A stretch of DNA of 32,118 bases. Origin: Octopus bimaculoides (lineage: Eukaryota). The translations under genes were made by a program, and so were the position numbers. Under the pieces are notes generated by a model. The model did not search any database, was not told where the DNA came from, and saw nothing but the letters and a program-made list of their open reading frames with translations. This document shows, piece after piece, positions 1 through 12,885 of this stretch; the first letter of the stretch is position 1, and every line of letters begins with the position of its first letter. The stretch is taken from positions 50,800,105 through 50,832,222 of the forward strand of contig NC_068985.1 in NCBI RefSeq assembly GCF_001194135.2, read 5' to 3'.

Positions 1-202
1 ATTCTTTTATTCTTTTACTTTTTTCCCAGAAATCGCTCTATCACATATTTCTAATGCTCTTTGATGTGTCTGTATTTCTTCTTTGGGTTGGTTTCTTCAT
101 CCTTGGTAAATTTTTTTGAAGTTTGTTTGTAGTCAATATATGCTGCATAACGGAATCAAATGATTTTGTAAACTAATTATTCTCATTATTAATGTGGCTA
201 TA

Positions 203-350
203 AAGGTGGCGAGCTGGCAGAATCGTTAGGAAACCGGGCGAAATGCTTAGCGGTATCTCGTCTATCTTCACGTTTTGTGTACAAATTCCACCGAGGTCGA
301 CTTTTCCCCCCAATGTTTTGGGCCTTGTGCCTAGAGTAGAAAAGATTATT
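203..350 (+). mobile_element. tRNA-derived SINE (family 1), internally deleted copy
   Basis: Head GGCGAGCTGGCAGAATCGTTAG with A-box-like TGGCAGAATCG and a decayed B box (GTACAAATTCC). Tail GGCCTTGTGCCTAGAGTAGAAAAGATTATT. Colinear with the copies at 363-533 and 24530-24748 but lacks the central segment. Confidence 0.8.
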
Positions 351-362
351 AATGCGACTATA

Positions 363-533
363 AAAGCCGCGAGCTGGCAGAATCGTTAGCACGCCAGGCG
401 AAATGCTTAGCGGTATTTCGTCTGCTGTTACGTTCTGTGTTCAAATTCCGCCGAGGTCGACTTTGTGTTTCATCCTCTCGCTCCCTTTTTCCAAAATTTT
501 CAAGAGCTAGCGCCTAGAGTAGAAATAATTATT
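363..533 (+). mobile_element. tRNA-derived SINE (family 1), internally deleted copy
   Basis: A-box-like TGGCAGAATCG and B box GTTCAAATTCC (439-449), with tail GCGCCTAGAGTAGAAATAATTATT. Its central deletion differs from that of the upstream copy. Confidence 0.8.
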
Positions 534-941
534 AATGCGACTATATTTCCGGAATTTATTTACTTTACATATTTGTTCATTTACGTTTCGTATTAAAGAA
601 AACCAATTTAAAACACGCCAATAACCATTCTCATCAACACTCGTTCGACTTGCCTAAGGTTAAAAAAAAAAAAAGTTGCCCGTTTCACGCGCGCGATCTG
701 AATCGAACCAAACAAACATTGTTTACCGAAACCAGAATAACCCGATGAAATAAACTGGTGACATTCTAACTACTATTCTTGAATCATACTATAAGCTGGA
801 CTAGAAATTCATCTCCGCTTTGCAGCCCATTAACAATATTCATCTCATTATTGAACCGATATTCATCCTCATCCGAGCGCGCGGGCGCGTGTGATTGCGT
901 ATGTCTGTGTTTAATAATATAAATCCACACAAATATATGCT

Positions 942-987
942 TGTGTGTGTGTGTGTGTGTGTGTGTGTCTGTGTGTGTGTGTGTGTG
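942..987 (+). repeat. (GT)n microsatellite
   Basis: Direct reading of the sequence. Confidence 0.95.
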
Positions 988-1180
988 CATTTGTTAATAG
1001 CTCTCTTAACATGACGTTATCTGCCAAACGATCTACATAGGCATTCCTCCATCTATCCATCTATTTTCTTAGCTTTATCAAAATGACAGTCGAGCAAAAA
1101 GTTTATAATAATCTATTCTTTGAAGAAATGAAATAATATCAAAAAATATATACATAATGTATGTATGTATGTATGTATGA

Positions 1181-1220
<40 letters not shown>

Positions 1221-1412
1221 ACATGTAAGTATTGATGCATGCATATATAATATAAACATATGTCTGAAGACAGAGAAGGAACAATTTTGTTGAACGTCTT
1301 TGTTTTATTGCATCTCAATTTTCTGTTTCATAAAAAAATGAGGTCTTGTTTCATCTTTTTGCTTTCGCTCGGAAACCAACTCACACACAGCACATTCACA
1401 TATACACAGACG

Positions 1413-1414
<2 letters not shown>

Positions 1415-1451
<37 letters not shown>

Positions 1452-1518
1452 GCACGCACACACGCGCACACACACACACACACACACACACGCACGCACG
1501 CACACACAAACACACACA
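1415..1518 (+). repeat. (CA)n/(CACG)n compound microsatellite
   Basis: Direct reading; source of the HT/VC-rich ORFs in the track. Confidence 0.95.
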
Positions 1519-2056
1519 GTCACATACATAAATTATTTAGTCGGTGTGTATGTAGATATCTATGCGTGTGTACATATATATATGTGTGAGTGTATACACA
1601 AAGTGTGCGATGGGTATAGTGGCGCTATTTTATATATTTTTAATTTCGCGCATGCGCATTATTTGTTTTTGATTTTGTCGATTACACAGTATAGTAGGAT
1701 CAATTGGAGATAGGTTAGACTGTTGGAGATAGGTTAGGACAATTGTCATGATGATGACGCCAATTGAGGCAGAAACACGTGTACCGACTGTCCACTAATC
1801 TCCAGGTAATAAGCCTATCCCCCCTTCTCATATAGAGTTGTTTTAAGTTGCCATGTCATAACTGTAACACATCCACTTGAGGCAAAGATAATATCAAGAA
1901 TATATGATAAATAGTATTTGATATACTTGCATTTGTTTATGTTGTTCATATACATGCTGTTGGCCACTTTAAATTGTTTCTCTTTATAAATATAGAGTAC
2001 CCACCACCACTACCAAATCTTAATAGATACGTTATAAGCCTCATCCTCGTCATCCA

Positions 2057-2375
2057 GCCTTCTAGAAATAGCAGCTGAATTTCCTTCAAATCATACTCTT
2101 CCACCTTGAAAGATTCGTCGCATTGTCGTCTTTGACATACAAGGAGACGGCTAGAATGTTTTTGATTATCGGTCTGTTACATGCATGTTCTCCTGGAGTT
2201 AGACAACATACACTGTGAAACTTTACATGGTCGATCGACCCGCCAGAAATAGCCACCAAATTTCCCTTCTGGCAACTTTAAGGACTCACAGGACAATATA
2301 TATATATATATATATACACTGATATACAAAGTCACTGATATACAAAGAGACAGGATTGTCATGGCTGTATGGCTG
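2057..2375 (+). mobile_element. Fragments of a dispersed short repeat (family 3; core CTGCTAGAAATAGCAGCCAAATCTCCCTCAAATC ... GATGGTCATGGCTGG)
   Basis: Core-like matches at 2057-2111 and 2239-2267, and GATTGTCATGGCTG near 2357-2370. The same motifs recur at 15631, 21211, 23506 and 23716. Confidence 0.55.
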
Positions 2376-2959
2376 TGAAACCTTCGAAAATAGGACCGTT
2401 AGATCGCGATTGACTTCGGATTATAAAATAACAGCATATGTACATTAATAACAGCTGTAATGTGATTCTTACAAAAGTTTGATCCGACTTCGAATAACTG
2501 TTTACTTCTTCATCAAAAGTTTCTTTACTCCAAGGAAATAAAAATATATCAGAGAACAGCAACAACTACAATAACAAAAACAAGAAACAAATGAAGCTCA
2601 TGGAAAAAAAGAAATGCTGTTAGAAGATAATGAAGGTTAAAGGAAAAGTGGGTGTGGATGAAAGATGTGAGGTTAGGGTGGGGCGGTTTCGGTTGAGTGA
2701 TGACGTCATGCTAAACAAAAAGAAATGCTTAGAGAAAGCGGTTTATAATGTCTGACATGCCTTCTTAACAAACCATCAGCTAGACAGAGAGAGAGGGGGG
2801 AAGGGGGAGCATAGACAGAAAGTCAAGAAGTGAGAAAGAAAGAGAAGTATGAAAGAGTAACTTGGAAATAGACTGTAAGATTGATAGGAACCGACATATA
2901 GACAGACAGACAAAGTTGAGAAACTATCAAATTGACAGAAAAGATTTGAGAGGAAAACT

Positions 2960-3335
<376 letters not shown>

Positions 3336-3826
3336 AAAAAATGAAAGAAGTAATGGAAAGAGGACGAGAAACAGACATAAATTTAAGTATGAAGATTGAA
3401 TGGACAAAAACAAATTAAGATCAATATAGTAGAGAAAACGCAGATTAAGATAAACATAGTAGAAGGATTTTTGTTGACATATTCATCTTTTTATTTTATT
3501 TTTCTCTTAAATTTCCTTGATCATCATGAATGACACCACCACTTGCACAAAACCACTACCGAATCACCAACATCTCCAAACTATCACTACTTCTAAGCTA
3601 CTACCACTACCAAACTAACTCCACTATTAAACTATCAACACCTCAAAAGCACCACATTACCACTATCATTACGGTGAATTAAAATTTCCCTGTAATGTAA
3701 TAAGAATACCAGATATATTATTTAGTTGGTTACAGATGTGAAAGAGTCACGATATATAGATAGGTGTGGGTTGTAAAACTTCCTACATTGATGGACAGCA
3801 TACATACACACATATATACACACTCA

Positions 3827-3874
3827 CATACATACATACATACATACATACATACATACATACATACATACATA
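3827..3874 (+). repeat. (ATAC)n microsatellite
   Basis: Direct reading. Confidence 0.95.
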
Positions 3875-4004
3875 GCTTAACATGATCCACGTGCTTGGCT
3901 ATTCCAGAAGCAGTTATAAGAGACTCTATATCCTCTATCTAAATTAGATGTTCTTTATTTTTCAAATGTTAAATGTTTTGCTATTTCATTTCTTATTTTA
4001 ATTT

Positions 4005-4067
4005 ATACATACATACATACATACATACATACATACATACATACATACATACATACATACATACATA
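4005..4067 (+). repeat. (ATAC)n microsatellite abutting the 5'-truncated end of R4 copy 1
   Basis: Direct reading. Confidence 0.95.
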
Positions 4068-4749
4068 GCCACTCATAATAAAAAGGAGTACTGGTTGAAT
4101 GTTCCAGTAAAAACTTCTGTAAAATGTAAATACATTAGACCTGATATAATGATTTGGGATAGAGTAGAGAGAAACTGTGTACAGTTGTGGAAATCAGCTT
4201 CCAAGCGGATGTTAACAGAAAGTTGAAGATCAATGAAAAAGAGAATATCTACGCTGAATTATTGAGAAATCTGCAGATAGTGTATCCAGATTACAATTGC
4301 AGGTTTCTACCTGTTATTATTGGGGCACTGGGATATGTAACACATTGCCTAAATACCAATTTTGACAAATTAGGCTTTCCAAAACCAGAAACGAGAAAGC
4401 CGAATGTTAACATAAAGCTGAAGATCAGTGAAAAAGAGAACACCTATGCTGAACGATTGAGAAATCTGCAGTTACTCTATCCAGATTACAAGTTCAGGTT
4501 TATATATGTAATTACTGGGGCGCTGGGATATATAATACACTGCCTAAATATCAATATTGAGAAATTAGGCTTCTCAAAACCAGAAACGAGAAAGCTGATT
4601 CGAAGACCACAGATCCAAGCCAACAATGGAACTGTGAAAATCTGCAAAACTTTCCAGAAGTTTATCATTTAAGAATATATGAGCATGTCTAGATATGCAA
4701 GTATATACATGAAAAGGCATACATAGAACAAGACACACAAATCTGCATG
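4068..4749 (+). mobile_element. R4/Dong-clade non-LTR retrotransposon, 5'-truncated copy 1 (RLE endonuclease end and 3' UTR)
   Basis: Begins GCCACTCATAATAAAAAGGA, matching copy 2 near 5954. Encodes RPDIMIWDR..VVEIS..ADVN.KLKI.EKEN.Y and ends GTVKICKTFQKFII* (stop 4670-4672). The 3' UTR is nearly identical to that of copy 2, and (ATAC)n follows at 4750-4777. Confidence 0.9.
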
Positions 4750-4777
4750 CATACATACATACATACATACATACATA

Positions 4778-6435
4778 AGGAAGTCTGAAGGATATCTCAC
4801 TGGTTCACAAGGAAACCGAAATACCAAAATTATACACTGTTTCTTTGTGGATGATTTAAAACTTTATGCAAAGAATATGCATGAGATGAAAAAGACCCTT
4901 GACCTAGTTACAACATTCTCAAAGGATGTAGGATTGGAGTTTGGTCAGGATAAGTGTTATTATATGGGTGTGAAAAGGGGGAAAACTGTAAACAAGACTA
5001 GTAACATCCCCATCAATGATTTGACTGTTTCCCCTGTATCTGACAAGGAATGTTACAGGTATCTAGGGGTGGATGAAAATATATCTTACAATGGTCCCTG
5101 TAACAAAACACGTGTCACTAAAGAATATTACAGCCGAATAAAAAAAAATTGGACCACAGAACTCTCTACATTCAATAAAACAGTGGCCCACAATGTGTTT
5201 GCAGTGCCAGTACTTATACCAATATTTGGGATGCTTGATTAGACGCTTGATGAGATCCGAGCCACTGATGTGAAAACCCGAAAAATACTAACAAGCACGC
5301 ATAATTTCCACATAAACAGTGACGTAGACCGCCGCTACCTGAAACAAAAACATCTAAAACGGTAACATTCTTTAACCACCAAGTGTCGAAGTGCATCTCT
5401 TTACCAAGTTTGCATACACGAGGTTGATAACATCATAAGACTTGGAAGGCAGCTCCTTGAGCAACACTCTTTGTCTGATAACCTAGAACACATGCCCAAA
5501 AAAATCGCACGACTCTACTGCAACGTATCATCAGCTGAAAGGTTGAGCCTGTATGAGCAGAAGACTATGCATGGGTATGTTAATAGAAAGCTCCGTGATG
5601 ATAGTAACATCGCTCATCAAAGCAGTTTATAATGGACCAATAGCCGGATTACTACCTCCCACTTTGAAGGGTATGCGTTTGCAATCCAGTAACAGGAAAT
5701 ATCCACCAAGTACCTGATACACAAAAGAGACAGAGATGCAGGAAAAGCCGTAAACTGTGACAACCGATGCAGTCTTTGTGGAGTTAACACCAAAGATATC
5801 ACCCACATCATAAGCAGTTGTCCGAAAATGCCATCACGGTATTATCTACCCATGAGACATGACGTTGTAGTTAGGACACTATATAATGAAATCCGTCAGA
5901 AAGATAACCCCGAGGACAAAGAAATAAGAACTCACAATATGGTAGAAGCCACAGCCACTCATAATAAAAAGGAATACTGGTGGAATGCACCAGTGAGGAC
6001 CTCAATAAAATGTAAGCACAACAGACCTGATATAATGATTTGGGATAGAGAAAAGAAACTGTACACAGTTGTGGAAATTAGCTGCCCAGCAGATGTTAAC
6101 ATAAAGCTGAAGATCAGTGAAAAAAAGAACACTTATGCTGAACTATTGAGAAATCTGCAGTTACTCTATCCAAATTACAAGTTCAGGTTTATACATGTAA
6201 TTATTGGGGCCCTGGGATATGTAACACACTGCCTAAATAACAATCTTGAGAAATTAGGCTTCTCCAAACCAGAAAGGAGAAAGCTAATTCGAAGACTACA
6301 GATCCAATCCATCACTGGAACTGAAAAAATTTGTAAAACTTTCCAGAAGGTTATCATTTAGATATATATAAGCATGTCTAGATATGCAACTATATACATG
6401 AGAAAACATACATAAAACATACAAATCTGCACATG
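4778..6435 (+). mobile_element. R4/Dong-clade non-LTR retrotransposon, 5'-truncated copy 2 (RT C-half, CCHC knuckle, RLE), pseudogenised
   Basis: RT motifs HCFFVDDLKLYA, FGQDKC, YRYLG, FAVPVL and DVKTRK. Knuckle CSLCGVNTKDITHIISSC (C-x2-C-x8-H-x4-C, from 5768), then RHD and RPDIMIWD..EISCP. Premature stops near 5240 and 5690 plus an internal deletion. Natural stop at 6359-6361; (ATAC)n at 6436-6487. Confidence 0.92.
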
Positions 6436-6457
6436 CATACATACATACATACATACA

Positions 6458-6488
<31 letters not shown>

Positions 6489-6566
6489 GTATAAAATATA
6501 TTTCGAACTTTGCCATTGGTCTCTTTATCCTTTTCTCTCTTTATACATACATATATACATACATAC

Positions 6567-6801
<235 letters not shown>

Positions 6802-6808
6802 TCATTCA

Positions 6809-8546
6809 TTCATTTTGGCACTGAATCCATTATCGTTTCTACAGCAGAAAACATATGGTTACATGCTGGGATCGTCAACTGCCAGGAATATCAATGTAAC
6901 TCGTAATTTTTTTGTAGACGGCCTGAAGATTTATGCTAAAAGTGTTAACAATGCTAAAAAAACAACTGGAATTAATAACAACATTTTCAGCTGATATAGG
7001 CGTGGAATTTGGCCAAAAGTCAGTCCCCCAAACCCCAAACCTGTGCATCAACGGTCTCTCTATCTCCCCCATTCCATACAAAGAATGTTACAAGTACCTA
7101 GGCGTAGACGAAAATGTATCATATGAAGGCACTGTGAATAAAGATAGAGAGGCCCGAGAATATTACATCAGACTTAGGAAAATATGGCAGTCGGAACTCT
7201 CCTCTTACAACAAAATAATATCCCACAATGCATTTGCAGTACCAGTGTTGATCCCAACATTTGGGATACTTGATTGGTCTGAAGAGGAAATCTACTCTAA
7301 AGATACCAAAACCCGCAAAATCCTGACAACAATTGGGAACTTCCACAGAAACAGTGATGCTAACAAGCTCTACCTAAAAAGAAATGAAAGTGGTACAGAC
7401 CTGAGATCAGTGCAGACGGCCTTCGCATGCCGTATGGTATCACTCAGGCAGCACCTGCTAAACAACAACAGCAAAAATAAATATATTAATGCAGTCCTGA
7501 AAAGTGAAGTGAGCAACATTGTACGAGTTGGCAGTGAACTCCTCAAGAAACACTCTCTTCCTGATGATCTCCTATACAGCCCCAAAACAGCTGGGCTCTC
7601 TTACCTCAGAGAAGACCTGGATGGAAAGCACTCTGCATACAAAAAAACAAAACAAAAAGACCATGCATGTGTATGTTGCCCGGAAGCTTGAAGAAGACAG
7701 TAGAATTGACACGAAGTGCAGCCTCTCTTGGACACGCGACCACTACATCATATCATACTTTGAAGGCAATGCGTTTGCAATCCAGGAACAGGAGATGGCC
7801 ACAAAGTACCTGGTAAACCAAGAGAGACAGTGACGCATATGTAATCCCAAGGTGCAATCGCATATGTATTTGTGGAAGACATTACGCATGTGATTAGCAG
7901 CTGTCCTAAAATGTCGTCTCGGTACTACCTCCCTATTCAGAAAGATGTTGTTGCTAAAACAATTTACAATGCCATCAGCAAAAAAGACTGTCCTGAAATA
8001 AACTTAGAAAATCACTCTGATATGGAATACATTCATAAACACCAACTCAAGGATTACTGGTAGAATATTCCCATCAAAACTTCTGTCAAATGTAAGCACA
8101 ACAGGCCGGATATTGTTGTTTGGGACAGAGAGGCAAAAGTATGTACCATCATAGAGGTTAGCTGCCATGCAGATATAAACATTTCTTTGGAAATCAAAGA
8201 AAAAGAGGATATCTATGGATAACTACTTCGAAACCTCCAGTTTCTATATCCAGACTATGAATTCATATTCATACCAATAATAATTAGAGAACTAGGTTTT
8301 GTTAGTAAATGCTTAAAGGAGAATCTGGAAAAAACTGGGATTTTCAGAAAGAGAAATTGACCGGCTGATTCGTACATTACAAATCCAATCTCTGAGTGGA
8401 ACAGTAAAAATATGCAAGACTTTTCTCAAGTTCCAAATGTGAATTTGTCTGTGTTAACTACATCCCAAAGATGGAGCCTTGTATCCTACTTAGAAACCGG
8501 CTGCCTCCTCAGTGGAAGATTTATAATAATTAAAAAGTAGAACATG
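6809..8546 (+). mobile_element. R4/Dong-clade non-LTR retrotransposon, 5'-truncated copy 3 (second, divergent family), pseudogenised
   Basis: FILALNPLSFL..NFFVDGLKIYA (catalytic VDD mutated to VDG), YKYLG, NAFAVPVLIPTFG, EDITHVISSCPKM, RYYLP and KHNRPDIVVWD; ends GTVKICKTFLKFQM* (8440-8442). Several frameshifts. The 3' UTR differs from copies 1 and 2 and ends ATGCATACATAC. Confidence 0.9.
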
Positions 8547-8569
8547 CATACATACATATTCACATAACG

Positions 8570-8867
8570 ACATCAGGAACTATAAAAATCTACAAAAACC
8601 CTTAAGATTTAAAGGATGATGCTTTCCTTCACAACCTTGCTACCTGGTAGCAAAATTTACTCCGAAAAAGGGAAGAACACGTATGCAAAACTTCAAATTT
8701 TATTGGTGCACCTGGCTAAATAACGAATTCAGAAGTCGAGAAGTCAAACTTCAATTAGAAAAAATATAGTTACATGTCAGTAATGGAATTGTGAGTACAT
8801 GTAATACATTCCAAAAGTTTAGCTTGTTCTATGTACATATATCGATGCATGAACATATAAACATATA
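8570..8867 (+). mobile_element. Degenerate R4 3'-end fragments (copy 4, and possibly a shorter fifth end)
   Basis: KIYSEKGKNTYAKL (from about 8652), IGAPG*IT, and FRSREVKLQLEKI*LHVSNGIVSTCNTFQKF, which aligns ungapped with FSKPETRKLIRRPQIQANNGTVKICKTFQKF of copy 1. SGTIKIYK near 8573 echoes the same C-terminus. Confidence 0.65.
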
Positions 8868-9035
8868 NNNNNNNNNNNNNNNNNNNNNNNNNNNNNNNNN
8901 NNNNNNNNNNNNNNNNNNNNNNNNNNNNNNNNNNNNNNNNNNNNNNNNNNNNNNNNNNNNNNNNNNNNNNNNNNNNNNNNNNNNNNNNNNNNNNNNNNNN
9001 NNNNNNNNNNNNNNNNNNNNNNNNNNNNNNNNNNN

Positions 9036-9083
<48 letters not shown>

Positions 9084-9778
9084 CTTGTCAACACAAACCA
9101 CCAGTCTCTGATACATACATAGTATTTCACTTTTATACATACAAACATCCAATCACATATAGTAATACTAAATGTTTTTGTTAAATATGACAATAAACAG
9201 AATGAAAATAAAAGGTGTGACTGTAGGCAGTGTTGAAATATAATAAGAGATAATGTTTATACATGCATGAGTGCACTGACAAACACACATATTTATAAAA
9301 ACGCGTGTGAATATATTTCTGTGGAGATATGTAAGTAGTTGGTTGGCTGTTCAAGTGAATAAGAATAAATGTAATTTATAGGTGAATGTGAATTATATGT
9401 ATATGTAAATATATTATATTACATATTATACACACACACATACATGTGTGTGTGTGTATGTATGCATGTATGTGTGTATACATTAATATGTTCATACATG
9501 TAACTATGAATATATAGTATATGAACATGTGTTTGTATGTGAATTTAAGCATGCACGAGGGCCTGCGTGAAAATATTCATGTGGTAGCATAATTAGATGT
9601 GCTTGCATAAGTGCGTAGATTCATGCGTATGTCTGAATATGTGCATATAAATGTCCATTCGCTCTTAACCGATACATAGCGTACAGACACACACACACAT
9701 ACATACGTACATACATACATACATATATATATTATTTAATATGTGTGTGTGCCTGTATGTGTGTGTATGTGTGTGTGT

Positions 9779-9966
9779 GTGTTTGTTCCCTACCACCACT
9801 TGTCAGTCGCTGTTGGTTTGTTTACGTCCCCGGTAGTTTACGGTTCAGCAAAATAGACCAACAGAAAAAGTATCAGGCTTTTAAAAAATAGTAAGTACTG
9901 GTGTCGACTGAAACCTTTTAAGGCGGTGCTCCAACATGGCCACGGCCCAGTAACTGAAACATGTAC
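9779..9966 (+). mobile_element. SINE family 2, 3' half
   Basis: Follows (GT)n. Reads TGTTTACGTCCCCG...AAGGCGGTGCTCCAACATGGCC...CTGAAAC, recognised as the 3' part of an abundant cephalopod-type SINE (recall, not searched). Confidence 0.6.
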
Positions 9967-10311
9967 ACATTTGTTTGAGCGCACATGCACGTTTGCATTT
10001 GAAATTCTTTCCTCCTCTCTCACTGTTTCACTTCATCACACTATCTTTCATCCTTTCGCTCTTTCTTTTTTCCTTTTCCATCTGCAAGTTACCGCTTTCT
10101 TTTCGTGCTTGTCTCTCATGATATTCGAGCTCTCACTCGTAATTTTTTTTAATTTTATATCGCTTCACACGCGCAGTCATATGCACATATACGTAACACA
10201 AACACACACACACACGCAAATCCAAAATAACAACAACGAACTTTTATTCTCTTTAAAAAAAAAGCTCCAAAAAAGTTTTTTCCTTACATAATCATACATT
10301 ATATGTACGTG

Positions 10312-10359
<48 letters not shown>

Positions 10360-10707
10360 TCTGTGTTTGTGTGTAGGTATGTATACATGTGTGTCTGTAT
10401 TTATGTTTACATCAGGGTAACAACCACTGTCGTTTCCCCCAACACCACCGCCACCGCCACCACCCGTTATGTCTCGTTAGCGAATTCGACAAATAGAAAA
10501 CGGTAAAATAAGGTACTAAGGTCAAGATGACCGACAGAACCCGTAGAAGCGATGCGCCGGCATGGCTGCAGTCTAAACCCAGCTGAAGAATATAAGATTA
10601 TAAGCGTATGTAAACAATATACTTTCTTTTCCTTATTACTTCATGCATTACAGCATTGGGCACACATGGAGAAAGAAACACGCACTTACACGCATACAGA
10701 CGTTTAC

Positions 10708-10747
<40 letters not shown>

Positions 10748-11323
10748 CATACTCTTTGGCTTTTCATCTGTGTTCACAAATGGTCAGTAGAAGGCAACCT
10801 GATGTCTTACTGAATATACTGTGAAGGAAGCCGGAACTCTGTACAATGTTCCATTACCTAAACGTCGTGTTTCGCTCCCAACATCCGTCTCCGTGATAGG
10901 CAGACACGCTCTGACGTCACAGTGATCTCACACTGATCTCATAGTGTCGCACTTAAATTACATTGCGAGGTCTTTCCTCATAGCGAAGTCGCCGAATCAA
11001 TAAATCGTATGCGCGTAAGTGTATGTGTGTCTGTGTGCACGTGTGTGTGTGTGCAGTGAGTCCAAACATTGAAAGCCTATTAAACTGAAGATACAAAGGA
11101 ACCACTTTTTAACAGTTTTTAATATATGAAAATTTATAACACAATACATACAAGACTATAATATGAATTCTAGTAAAGAAAACTTTTATTTCCTTTTTGC
11201 TTGACAGTAAAGTGGAAGTGTATTTTGTCCTAACTACAGTAGTAGTGCATGTTGTATGGTATTATTCGATCCGTTAAATAGCAGCCCGTTGTATTGGGGT
11301 CGTTAAACGGAAAGTTTAATACA

Positions 11324-11375
<52 letters not shown>

Positions 11376-12885
11376 TGTATGTATATAGGTGTGCATGTGT
11401 GCCCGTGTGTTGTATGTATGTATATTTGTAACTACGTATGTATATGCAGAATACATACATGCATACATGCATTAGTATGTGCCTTTAAATGAATAAAAAC
11501 GACAAACATTAACTGAACATGTGTGTTGTATCAAGTTTTCGTAATAAGGTATTGACAGCAGCTTCGATGTTTCGCCACATAAGGCTCCCCCAAATGTGTG
11601 TGAGGTGGTGACTGTGTGTGTATGTGTATGTGCGTGTGTATGTATGTGTGTGTGTCTGTGCGTGTGTGTTTGTGTGTGTGTGTAAACATTTGTAAATAAA
11701 CGAAAATGAGCTAAGTGAGTAGCCAATCGCTTGTATTTGAGTAGCAAAAACGAGTAAGGGTATATCAAAAATCATAATGTAAATTCTTGGTTTATTGAAA
11801 TTAACTTCGCCTTGAGAGAGAGTAGAATAATCGCTTGGTGCCAGTTGGGACCAACTTCAAATGAGAAGGGAAGGTAATCTTACGAACGGAACTGAAGTGA
11901 ACTCACTTCGATCGTGGTGCGTCGGCAAACTCGCACCGTTATGTTTGTTTTGTTTTTGTTTTTTTGTCACTATCTCCCCGCATTGAGTGTAGGTAATTTG
12001 TGCGCCTGCTGTCTCCCTTGGATGTACGTCGTTTCGCATACTCCCTTTCCGGAATCGAACATTGATTCCCCATTACCCGTTGGCCCCGTAATTGGTACTT
12101 ACCGGGCCGTCGATAGTTGATAGAGCGGTCTTGCAGGAGACGTGTTGTATAAAGGTCAGTCGTTCCTACCCCGTGCCATTGAATTGAGAGATATCCAAAC
12201 TCAAAGGGCATAACGCTGCATGCTTCAGTTTACAAATGCGTTCGCTTCTGTGGTGGCTTGAACACGTCGGTGTGTCAGTTTCTGCCTAATATTTCTGCGG
12301 TGACCAATGCAAAGTGCAACCCTATCGTGGCGGCAGAAAAGCAATTACATTTACCCTCTCTGGAAGTAGAGATAATTTCACTAACTCGAACGTAAATACA
12401 CAAAGTGACAATTTACTTTTGTTAATAACTTTGTAACACCAGATAAGCTGACGCCAGCAGAACTGGCCAACGTCATCAACGTCCGAGCTAACTGACGCAA
12501 TAATCTGTTCAATCACCCAGATGTATTGTCATCAACAGACATACCCACGTCGAACCAATCAACGAGTGCGTCTACTTTGTAAACAGACCTCTGTCATCAC
12601 TTTACGCACCAGTATATATGGTATTGGCCATACAGTAAGAGAAATATGAAAATTAAACAAAAAATATTTTTCTGTATTCATCATAACAAAACAGTGAGGA
12701 ACAATTACACGTAAAAGGGATCATTATTTCTTAATATTTCGTTTATTTTCATCTTGCCCGCAAAACAATAACTATCTAAAGGATACACACTAAACTTCTA
12801 ATAAACAATTGAAATGTCCCCGGTGCATAGTAATGAAGATAACGACTACCGAACAATAGAAAATTAACTAGTGAACCACATGACC

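Noticed and set aside
2680-2708. GC box plus CRE palindrome TGACGTCA (also TGACGTCA at 10912-10919)
   Set aside because: Short motifs expected by chance in 32 kb, with no linked TSS or gene evidence
3670-3800. Weak echo of the R4 endonuclease region (CNVIRIPDILFSW; TGTAAAACTTCC) before an ATAC tract
   Set aside because: Similarity is too patchy to call without an alignment score
10812-10925. Peptide EYTVKEAGTLYNVPLPKRR resembling an HTH-psq helix
   Set aside because: Too short, lacks the conserved STL motif, and has no start or splice support
11914-12120. 68-aa ORF with a hydrophobic N-terminus (possible secreted peptide)
   Set aside because: The hydrophobic stretch derives from a T-rich low-complexity run, and no family is recognisable
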